This document shows positions 12,701 to 24,700 of a DNA stretch of 64,000 nucleotides, piece by piece. The notes beneath the pieces were generated by a model. That model did no database searches. It was not told the origin of the DNA and saw only the letters and a program-made list of their open reading frames with translations. The stretch is from contig NMRA01000982.1 of NCBI GenBank assembly GCA_002633005.1, positions 1-64,000 on the forward strand. The letters are read 5' to 3'. A program made the translations under genes and the position numbers. This DNA is from Phoronis australis. Its lineage: Eukaryota > Animalia > Phoronida. The first letter of the stretch is position 1; each line of letters begins with the position of its first letter.

Positions 12701-15700
12701 CGGGCTTTATCATTGGTTGATGAACCCTCGGAAGTTACTGGTTAGCTTTTCAACAAAGTGAGAAAATGGCGTACTGCCAACGATTTTTAGCCTTGTCATG
12801 CAAGTGGTGTAGCAGCAACTATTTCGTTTCGGCAGAAGGTCCAATGTTTAATAGCCGCTTGCGTGAAGCACATACATGTATGTACGTGTACAATAAACAC
12901 GCCGATTTAACTAGTATGTTATTCATACTGTATGAATACAGGACAACAACGTAAACAAAAGTTAGCGACAGCTACTAGAAAAAATGCACTGCGAAAAGGC
13001 GCAACCACAATTTTCTGGGATTCACATTTCTTAAACATGAATTTTAAGCTCAGATTTGTCTGTACAAGAGACCGCATTTTCATTTCCTCCATCAACCATG
13101 CCAGTTTGTTAGTTTGCGTAAAGCTCTCCCAGCTGTTGAGAATTCGATCTGCCTATCAGAAACGCCGGTATAAAACAAAAATTCCGGAGGAAAATTAAAT
13201 GATACTTGCGAGGCTACCCCCTAGCGGCACGCACGGAACCAGCGAGTCCTTTGATCTGACGTAAGCTCCGTAGAAGGGCGAATATCGCGAAAGCAAAAGA
13301 TCACACAAGATTTCTTTAAGTACTCGCTATATATATTTTACAAGCAAAACACGTGGTCACACTACCTTCCTTAACAAGATTTGTGTCTCTACTAAACTCT
13401 ACCGAGGATACAAGCGACAAACTTTGAGACGCAATTGCTGTGTTCGCCTTCAGCTCCACTTTCTGTTCACTACAACAGACGGCTGATCGTGTAAGCATTC
13501 GCTCATTCTGATTGTTGGAAGGTGGTGTTAAGCTTAAATATACGAACACTACGTTCATTGACTAGACCGTGGTGTCGAGAGCGTTTTTATATTGGTTCAG
13601 CAAGGTACTGGAACGGCACTCCCTCGAGTAGGGGACCTAAGTGACCGTCCCCAGAAAATTTTGAGAATTCGAATATCACTTCGTGCAGTCTAAAGGCCTC
13701 GAAATGCATTTCTAGTCATACATGTACGTTTCGAAAAATACTTTGTCGCACCTCTCCCGAAGCGCATGCTAGACATGGGACATACACTGTACATGTAAGA
13801 CATGTTGAACGTAGCACGACGAAGACAACACTAGAAAGATTATTGTCACGGCGTGACAATAACGGACTCTGCGCGTGCGTATTACTGGAATTATTACGAG
13901 AAGTTACTGACAGCAACCCGTTTACCAATATGAAAAGTAATTCTTTAAAATTGTAGGAGAAATTACATATTAATTTTTTGATGACCTTTCCACAAATTGA
14001 CCTCTTCCGCTGCATTATGAGCCCCGATGAGGGAGTAATTTTAACTCGATTAAAAGTGTGGTTAATGCTAATAATCACAGATGTTTTACTTTAAGCACTT
14101 CAGAATACAAGATGAATGAAGTGGTCAATTTTTCAGAAGAAAAATGCACCTAATGACCCCATGGGTGCACCAAACGACCTGAAAATTTAGAATTCAAACT
14201 CAATCGCACTTAGTAAACAGATACGTAATTCTGAAGTCTCTAGGTCAAAATGTTAGTTTGCACTCAATGACCTTTGACCTATTTTTTCTGATTGGTTAGG
14301 CCTATTGCGAAGTAAAGTAGGTATTCAATTGGAAATGTTAACTTCACCAGTGTGCTGAAATTGAAAAGAATTCCTTTAAAAACGTAAGAGCTATAACATT
14401 TTGAACGTTACATGACCTTTGCACTAATTCACCTTATCCGGTGCATTTTAAGCATCTTTAGGAGAATTATTGCAAAGCCCATGGAAAATGTGTTTAACGC
14501 TGGGAATCACAGTTGTCTAACGGTTGACACATCAGAATACTTGCTGATTGAAATAGTCAAATTTTCAGAAGAAAAATGCACCTAATGACCCCATGTTTGC
14601 ACTAAATGACCTGAAACTTTGGATTCCGATTTGATTTACCTGTGGCAATCAGACCTGTCAATTTGAGGTGTCTAGCTCAAAATTTTAGTTTGCACCTAAT
14701 GACCTTTGTCCTATTCACCTGATTGGATGACCTGATTACTTAGAAAAGAAATTTTTTAAATTGTCATGTTGACTTATACCTGTGTGCCGAATTTGAAAAA
14801 GATAGCTTTAACACTGAAGGAGGAGTAGCATTTTGAAAATTATACGACCTTTGCACCAAACGACCTCTTCCGGTGCAATGTGGAATATGATTATATAATC
14901 AATCAAAATTTATATACTATCAAAGGTCATATGCTGAATTTAAAAACCGTACCTGCACCCAATTTGGAGTTATTAAGCCCCAAAGTTGGTCGGAAGAAGA
15001 ATAAGAATAAGAATAAGAAAAAGAATAAGAATAAGAATAAGAATAAAATTGAAAACCCAGAAACAACAGTACTCTGCGCTTACACGCGCAGAGTAATTAT
15101 TGCTCAAGTACCAAGACATTTCTGCGCAAGAATGCGGCTTCTAATGACATCGATTGACATACTGAATATGTTTAATGAATACATGCATGCGACATCTTTT
15201 TACAGCTGACGCATGGGATTTTCGGTACTGCCGTGGGAACTGATATGCATGAATGTACTCACTGGCATTCCGTCGGTCATCCCCAATAAAACTGCCCTAG
15301 GAGATCACGATTTGTTATTGCGTGCGGTAGATCAGGCCCCGCAGTCTAATTTTTGGACTCGAAATCGATCTCGAAATTAATTTTGCAAGTTTCTATTCAA
15401 TTTTTGTGGATCATATAATCCAGATAAAGGAATATTTTTTTCTGGACACATTGTAGTTTGCAGTTGTATACAGACGAGTTTCCATTCCGAGGGTCGCAGG
15501 TTATGATCTTTTGGTTCGAACTACAAACCCGAGTAAAACTCGGAGATTTCGCGTAAAACCACAGTCGAAATTTCGGGTTCAGACTTGAACTTTTAAGGTA
15601 AATGTTGCGTGCAATCTAGAGTTAGACGGTGTTTCACATAAACCATTCTGTAATCAAGTACAGAAGAGCAGACACTTATTTTGAGTTCCTTCAAAAGTGG

Positions 15701-18700
15701 AAAATGACAAATGAAAAAATGGAGCCCCGTCCCTGAGCAATATCACTCGCGATACACGTGCCAGAGAAAGAATTAACCAATCTTCCGCCGTTTGGCGTTT
15801 CCAAACATTTGTCACGATTTGTGGAAGTTTGTCGTGATGTTTGCAAACCTTTGCCGTTGTGTTTTAAAACTTTTGTCGTGATACTTGTCAGCGTGGACCT
15901 CTCGCGTCGATTGTCGTAAGATGAGTTTGAGTGACAATATCCGAACATGACATTCACTACATGTACAAGATTGTTGACATTTCGGATACATGTATGTGCC
16001 GTGGCACCACTTCGTCAGAGACAACTGTTGGTGGCTTTGACAAAGAACGGAAACCTATGATTTAGGTTTACGTGATGTTGCACAGCAACTTAACTGATTT
16101 TATCGGTCTCTATTTTTCAGAGAACTACCACGTGACAGGATTAAAATTGGCACCAAGGGCGTTTTGCGACCCCTACGGCTACATACACAACCAGTCTGTC
16201 ACCGACGATGTGATTTTGAAAGCTCTAAACAGGTTTTACCCGATCGGGACGACGTGTAGTGACCCAGATGTTCTTCTGTTGCCGGCTGCTTACAACGACA
16301 CTCAGCTGACCAGGGGAGTTTCCTGGAGCCTACCTAAAAACGAGAAGCAGATTTTACACATATACTTTGGCACGCAAAACGGTGTCTTTTGGGTGTACCC
16401 TGCGCAACAAATCAAACGGAATTATGACCACACGGCGTAAGTTACTGTGGTCTATGAATGATAACTTGGCTACGGGTGATGAAATAGTTTGGTATATAGG
16501 CTACTTTTCTGTCACGTCTTGCATTGAGAGATTAGTTTTAATTTCAAACTTGGTTGCAGTTTTGCATGTGCTTGTTCAACTCTTCACAATAACGTCTGTC
16601 CTTTGGTGTCCTAGGCAACACCCGTGACATTACCGAGTTGCACGTTACCTACATGTAGTTCCCTCCTCAGTTTTATTCGTTCAGCAGCACTAAGCCAATG
16701 CATACCTGCTACACCGAGAAACGGTTTACAATTTCTTTAGTATTTGAAGTTATTCCACTCACACTCTAATCTCTGATGAGATTTTCTGCAACATTTCACT
16801 AATCGTTACCATGGAAACGTTTTCCTGACGCAAAGTTCTGTCTGAATCTCTTTTCCAACATACTTTCCCGCACGAAGTAGCGTCGGTATTTCCATATTGC
16901 ACATGAGTCTTGTGGATCTAGTTATTCGCTCAGGTTGTCAAGGTTATCGAAAACTGGGGCTTGATACACTAAGATGTAATTTTACGACGTTCTTACACAG
17001 AGTCTAAAGGAAGACTAACGCTACCAAACTACTACGACTGGTCTTGGTCTCCGTTCAGACTATATCTTAAAAAAACTTTGTAAAATTGCGCCATTTGGGC
17101 GTAACATTCCCAATCCTTAAGATACTTCTTCATTTCAGCCAAGAGTGGTACAAGAACACCATGCACCGGCCACACAAGACATTCTGCGCATCTTCAGTGT
17201 ACAACATGTACTTCCGGAAGTACCAAGTAGACAGACATAAAGAGAAATTAATTACTATATCGCTTCCTATCTACCAGTCGTACGACGTCGTGTATTTTAA
17301 GGAGAGAAGAAGTATGTTAACACCTTTTACTAAGAAAGTTGAAGTAAAAGCTTTAGACTACACGCGTGCTTGAAATGCGAGACATCTAGATATGAACCCG
17401 GACTCTGGACCTACGCCAAAAGGCAAGGGTCGTGTGTCCGCCGCAACACCCAAAAGCATCTAGCGTCGTTTTCTTTTAATCGAACGGGAAATTAGGGATA
17501 AATAGTAAATCACAAAATATATGATAGTACCACGCATGTTCGGACTTGTTTGGTGCGATTCTTGATAGTGTGGTTGAACCCGTCGAAAGCGAGACCGTTG
17601 GCAAGTATAGGTTTGTCCTCCAAACCCTTTCGAGGAAATTAGCAATGTTATACTTTCACTATTGTTACGAACCTTTTTGTTCCATAATCATGACCTTACA
17701 AGAATTTGCATTCCATTCTGCTGTTGAATGATGCCAGGTCCTAGAAACTAAGCAATTAATCCGTAAACACTAGGTTGTAGGAGATTGGTTTGTGTGTATT
17801 TTCACCTGTTAATTTACCATTTTTCTTGCATAAATGTATAGAGCGAATTTCCAATTCCCCATTCAAGAAGTCACAAATGTTTTAAACCGCACATTTTCTG
17901 CTACAAATGAGGTTGTCGTGATCGAGTTAAACCGACACGTATGCTTAGAAGTAGAGGGCGCTGTACACAACAGCATTGATTTCGACAATTACAAACAGAA
18001 AAACTTTTCTGGCAACCGCTCATCAACTCCAACGGTGGCTGTAAAAGGACGGCACGGCAACTTTTTACTCCGTTGATAACTATCGATAGACGTATTGACT
18101 CTAGCGATAGGCTTATTAACTCTATAGATATACTATCTCTCGATAGAGTTAGTAGCTCTCGATAGACTTACTATCTCTATTGATAGATTTACTAACTCTA
18201 GCGATGGACTTACTAACTCTATCAATAAACACACTAACTCTATCGATAGACTTATTAACTCTAACGTCTATCGATAGACTTATTAACTCTACTGATAGAC
18301 TTATTATCTCTATCGATAGACTTATTAACTCTATCGATAGATTTATTATCTCTATCGATAGACTTACATAACTCTATCAATAGAGTTACGATACTGAAGC
18401 TCCTACCTTGGTTTCAAATTAAAGTGGATGACCAAAACAAGCATATTGTCGATTTATTCAAGCTAGGACTGACTCAAAATGAAATATGAATAANTCCGTT
18501 GATAACTATCGATAGACGTATTGACTCCAGCGATAGGCTTATTAACTCTATAGATATACTATCTCTCGATAGCGTTAGTAGCTCTCGATAGACTTACTAT
18601 CTCTATTGATAGATTTACTAACTCTAGCGATGGACTTACTAACTCTATCGATAAACACACTAACTCTATCGATAGACTTATTAACTCTAACGTCTATCGA

Positions 18701-21700
18701 TAGACTTATTAACTCTACTGATAGACTTATTATCTCTATCGATAGACTTATTAACTCTATCGATAGATTTATTATCTCTATCGATAGACTTACATAACTC
18801 TATCAATAGAGTTACGATACTGAAGCTCCTACCTTGGTTTCAAATTAAAGTGGATGACCAAAACAAGCATATTGTCGATTTATTCAAGCTAGGACTGACT
18901 CAAAATGAAATATGAATAAAGGTACATGTACTCATTCGTCGTTTTGGTGCGTCATTAAGCACAGGGCAATTGCGACGTGTTTTTGGCGACATTTGGACTT
19001 CTGCGCCGTAAAATTATGTTTGATTTTGATGAAATGGTTCGTTTTTTGAAGAACACGTAGCGGGTTCAGGTCAGGTGCACGGTTTTATATTTATGCATCA
19101 GAAGTGCGTAGCAACTGTTGTAACTGTTCCACGAGGCATCAATTGGCAAGTTTTAACTGTCATTGATCAGTCTGGAGTTGAAGCCAGACGTTGTAAGCGG
19201 CCAGTTTGGAGGATATATTTTCAAGACGTGAGATTAACAAAACGTCATAAACGAGTGACAATCCCTTATCGTTGTCTGGACCCTTCTCTCATGACGAGTT
19301 GCTTTCACCAGAGCTGTTTAATTTAATTTTGATTTGTCTGTTGTTACTTATTTATTGTGTTTTATCAAGCTCTCCCTTGAGGTCATGTAATAAATAATTG
19401 CTCATGACGAATTCAAGTAGTTAGTTCCGATGTTACACTTTTTGTTGGTACAGTTTATACAATATTGATACCAGGTGTGAATGTTTGCAGTGAAACGTCA
19501 GTAGTGTTTATTTAATATTTATTTAGTAAAATAAAACTCTTAAAACCAGTAACACCACATCACTCAATGACAACAAGTCTCACAAATAACATGCACCAAT
19601 ACTGCCGTACTGGCAACTGCACACAACCTGATTGCATCTGTGATAAACAGGCGGTTAAAACATGGCGCTTCGACGCAATGGTCAGCACACCTTCAAAAAT
19701 GGAAGCTATTGTCGATAGGTCTAACCTTCTGAAAGTACCGGTAACGAATCGTTGACTCTTAAGAAACATCTCACACGTACGTGAATCTGGCTTATAGTTA
19801 CGGCATCATCATTTGTATGTACACGTACAGTTGTATACAGTGCTGATCGAATCCAATGTCCTATCGAACGAACTTCAGCCTCAGTCAGGCCTCGGGTGAC
19901 CTTCAACCGGAGTGAGGTCAGGCTTCGCCCGGACGCGTTCTGAACTCGGTTGGGTTGTGACTCACCCTAAGACTGGCCTAGGTTGGACTCGGTTGGACTG
20001 CGGTTATTGAGTCATTAAATGTCCGGGGGGTTACCCCTGCATATGCTACCACTGACCGCTGAACCTGCACTCATGGCTTGATTTCCTCGCAGGTTTTTGT
20101 CANCTTACTTACAGTAACCCCCCAGTATTTCCAGCTTTCCGAGCGAAGTAAAAACAAAGCCAAGGCATAGCACGGACGCGACTTCACTTCGGATTAACCG
20201 CGGTCAGACGAAGTCCGGACCTGAGCTAGCCTCGGTCCAACCGCGGTTTGGAACCCGTATCCGGACGCGGCCTAGCTGCGTTCGATAGGACGTTGGATTC
20301 GATCAGCACTGTAACAGGAGAAATGATATATGCCAATTCAAATTTTGTTGAAACAAAAAGAACGAATTAAATCCATCTTAAACCTATCTTGCTTACAGTT
20401 ACCGCCACACTGAACATGTATTTTGAAATAAACAACACATCATCTTATATTTTACAAAAGCTTGTCTACTTAATTAAAAAAAAAACATTTTCAACAGTTC
20501 AGCAGTCTGTTTGATGCCTACGTACACTGTATGAGTTCCTGAGCCACGGCAAAAGCCAACATACTGTCAATTTTGAAATCAAGAGTAGAGTGATCTAAGA
20601 ACCATGATTTTAGACATTATAGCAAAGTTTTTAGCAATGACGGAATCTGAAATCAGGCGTATCTTATTCACCCAGATACTGACAATCCAGAACGAGCTTT
20701 TAAGCCATAGATCTGCAAGTATAAAAATGGTCGCCAATTTCGAGGTCCAACGGCACCTCACTAACCAAATATAGGGTCTGTGCGCCCCGTGTCTACATAT
20801 GTACTGTATGCCGAGACAAATGACCAGTGACTATTATTCCATAGCAACATGCTGTTGGAGGTATGACAGGTAAAAAAGCATCATGGTAATCATACAAGAT
20901 CATTCAATTGTTTAAATAACCATTGCGCCTATCGCTGTGCCTATTTTGTGGGTCATGAAACATCGCATTAGTCCCAAACACTAAGTTACTAGATATCGAT
21001 AGAGATAGTAAGTCTATCGATAGAGATTGTAAGTCTATAGATAGAGCTACTAATTCTATCGATAGAGATAGTAAGTCTGTCGATAGAGATGGTAAGTCTA
21101 TTGATAGAGATAGTAAGTCTATCGATAGAGCTAGTATAAGTTTATCGATAGAGATTGTAAGTCTACAGATAGAGCTACTAATTCTATCGATAGAAATAGC
21201 AAGTCTATCGATAGACTTATTAACTCTACCGCTAGAGATGGTAAGTCTATTGATAGAGATGGTAAGTCTATCGGTAGACTTAATAACTCTATCGATAGAG
21301 ATGGTAAGTCTGTTGATAGAGATAGTAAGTCTATCGATAGAGCTACTAATTCTATCGATAGAGATATTAAGTCTATCGATAAAGTTAATAATTCTAGCAA
21401 TAGAGTCTGTCGATAGAAATAGTAAGTCTATCGATAGAGTTATAACTGTGTCGATAGACTTATACTAAGCCTATCGATGGAGATAGTAAGTCTATCGGTA
21501 GAGTTAGTAAGTCTATCGATAGAGTTACTAAGTCTATTGATAGAGATGGTAAGTCTATCGATTGAGTTAATAAGTCTATAGAGTTAGCAAGTCTATCGAT
21601 AGAGTTAATAAGTCTATCGACAGAGTTAGAAACGGGGAAAAAGTTGCTTTGCTGTCCTTTTACAGCCACCTTATATCGAAGATAACAGAGGTTTAGTCCA

Positions 21701-24700
21701 AGCAATAAAATTACCGATCACGGGAAATGAATCCCAAAGAGTATTTTTTGTTGGCTTAAGCAAAGTTACACTGTATTTGGCCCGGGTTATATCTTAAAAT
21801 AAAAAAACACTGGGTCAACGGACACAACAGGATAATTCTCGTTTTTTCACAATTCTGAATACTTCAGCATGTGCCCGATGTAATAAATGTATGTGGTTTG
21901 ATATGACTACATGTACCTCAGCAAGCACGACAGTTGTAAGGCCAACGCTATTTAATGGGATGTGTCTGTTTGTGTACTTTTTACCCAGACACTTCTAAAT
22001 ACATACAATGGGTTACCAAAACAGCGTTACCCAAATTATCAATGAAAACCCGTTTTGCCATGAAGTACAACAGTTCCATGAATGAATGAAAGGTGCCAAC
22101 ACTTCATTAACTTAAAAAAATCGTTTTCCAAGCAATTTTCATTACATCTTTACATACTATTGAAATATTGGATTGCTGATGGACAAAATGAACATTAAGA
22201 GGGGTACAAACTGAAACTGCTGTAATCTGGATAGTGTTTGTTAATATTTAAGTTTGCCTCTGGGATGTCTCCATGAACATTGAGTAACACAGCTTTGTGT
22301 TTTATATGACTTATATTTGCAGCGTGGCAAAAGTTGCATGGAAGCATAGAACGCTAGGGAGGAGGCAGTCTGGCCTGGTTGATAAGTGCCCGCTTTCTTT
22401 ACTCGAGGTCGTGGGTTCGAGTCCCACCAGGTCACACTGCTAAACCCTTGAGCCAGGTTTCTAGCTCCTCAGCTCGGTTTTAACCATATATTAATAAAGC
22501 ATCAAAATATTTCCAGATGATTAGTGCAATGGGCCCACATGAGAGGCCTGCGCATATCTGGTACAACGTGTATCAGACCGCCTGCAATTATTTTTATCTA
22601 TAGAACGCTAGGCCTGAAATTCCAACTCCAATCTCGCGGCCGCATGCGCGAAAGTTGTTTGCATTCGTTTGTTCCGGTATGTGTTCTTGCTATGGAATTT
22701 ACTGTCGTTAAAACTTTTCGCAACTCCGCCGTTTTTCAAGCGAACTGCAAAAAGCCATGTAATTAGAAAGCCCTTTGTCAGTCCCTGATGATTGTTCCAG
22801 AAGCAAAATATGAATATTTTAATTTATTAGTATTTACCATTTCGCATACCTGGATGGTTTAAAAATAATTTTAATTCTAAAAACCAAGAGTGTTACCAAA
22901 ATGCGAAAAATAGCAGCGTGTAATAATAAATAGTAACGTCAAAATAGAAACGAACCAGGGAGTTTATATAAATGACTAGTTTAGCCATTTGAGAAATAAT
23001 TTCAATGATTCAAAAGATTTCTACCATATGAAGACAAAGGTTTTAGAATTTGGATCTCTCACAATTGCAGTGGACAATTCATCCAAAAGCACACATCTTC
23101 ATATATATTATCATTAATTGGACCTTTGGTGCCGTTTTCATATAATTGCATTCAAAAGTAAAAATTCAGAATGCAGTGACATTTACGAAAAAACGACACG
23201 ACGAACTACTCCAAGAACATGTATATATCCGAAATTTGCAGATAACTATCACGTAGTTTTGAAATGTACCGTGGATAGATCATTACATTGGTTGCCATGT
23301 AGGTCTTTCCATAAAAGTTCAGAAAGTAAAAGTTGGTGATCCTGATACATGTAGTGTATGATGACCGTAAACAAGATACGATGGATGACACTTTAACGAT
23401 TGTTATGTCACTATAGAAAGAGGACTCTGGAAAATAACATCATTAATAAATATTTTGAACACCAGTTGCTCAGTTGTCAAGTCAACATTCAAGAGCCAAA
23501 AAACGGAACTATTGGATTGAAAAGAGGGACTTCAGGATAAAAACTGTTGGTAAACTCTTGACATGCAGTATAATGCAGTAGGTTGTTGCAAGAGTTTCTA
23601 CGACTGGAGCTGAAAAGATATCAGGGTCAGAGGTCGGTGCTTATAAAGAACTGTAATTGTCGGATTTGTTGAATAATTTTGCCGACAAATCGCTGATTGT
23701 ATGGAACTGTACCTCAAGAGTCTGGCTTGAAGAACAAAATGAAAATAAAGCAATGATATTAGGCTTGATTTGATCGCTACAACTCTCGATCGGAAGTCAG
23801 TCGAGCAGGCAACCGGATGATCCTCAGTGTAAATTCTCGGACTGGTCTCGGGGTCGCAAGCTCCAATAACACAATGCATAGGTCAAGTGCTGGAGTTGGC
23901 ATTCCAGAGCTAGAGTTCTGTGATCGAATTGAAAGTACAAATTTTGTTAATTTTCCATGAAACTCGTGCCGTAAATCGTCAACATTTTGCCGAACCCAAA
24001 ATAACCATTTCAAGTGAATTCGGTCCCTACTGTCATTTGTGCCTGCTTTCTTTCTAGGAGTTCTGTGTATAAAGTCGACGACGCTTGTGACTGCATGTGG
24101 TGTACGGAAACCACCGGATGAATGAGAAACAATATCAATTTTTACAACACTATAAAATGTTATAGGCCTAGAAGTAAAAACTTGCAGCTTCTTTTTAGGT
24201 AATAAAACTTACAAACAACAGTTCGAGGGCGAAAACAGTCTACACGGTGTTTTAGCTGTCGATATCAACTATGACTATATACATGAGCTCGCGGTGACAA
24301 TCGGCCGCCATATGGGTATGGACTGTAACCAGAAGTGAGTGTCGTTACTATCTACGGTAATGTTCCATTTATTTCGCTCACTCATCTAATTTTGCACACT
24401 CAAAACCGTACAGTTGTACATAAGCATCAGTCGACACATTGTTCCTGACAATCATTATCCATGGAAACCCCGAATATAAATGGTTTAGCGGCTGCAAGGT
24501 CCAAGTTTGTGAGTTCTTTCAGATTTGTGCAATGAATTGGTTTTACATGTATATCGCCAGTACACAGTTGCTTACCGAAAGTTACTAGTCGATATTTCTT
24601 TAGGTGTGTGGTTACTCGAAAGTTGGTTCAAAACCGCTAACGATTCGGGTCTGCCTCAGGCGAAACAGTTGCTTGTTCACCACACTTTAACTTCACTTAC

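Larger units (their letters stand above)
18031..21673. mobile_element. Fold-back structure: inverted IS3EU-like termini followed by arrays of a 21-bp palindromic unit
   Basis: Left end ACGGTGGCTGTAAAAGGACGGCACGGCAACTTTTT is the reverse complement of right end AAAAAGTTGCTTTGCTGTCCTTTTACAGCCACCT; both lead into TCTATCGATAGA arrays in opposite orientation; no TSD recognisable. Confidence 0.7.

Noticed and set aside
15206-15326. Candidate extra exon of the Cache gene
   Set aside because: All three frames after the acceptor hit stops before a convincing in-phase donor.
18069-18919. 426-bp tandem duplication
   Set aside because: The copies are joined at a single n (18494) and differ at only a few bases; most likely an unmerged contig or haplotype overlap.
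18075-21628. CRISPR-like appearance of the palindromic 21-bp repeats
   Set aside because: Units are head-to-tail with 9-bp recurring linkers, there are no unique spacers or cas genes, and the context is eukaryotic.
18180-21705. Leucine-heptad ORFs (SIDLLTL...)
   Set aside because: They are the translation of a 21-bp repeat, appear on both strands, and lack gene structure.
22359-22435. tRNA gene
   Set aside because: It has A and B boxes but no proper cloverleaf, and continues into a SINE body flanked by a TSD.
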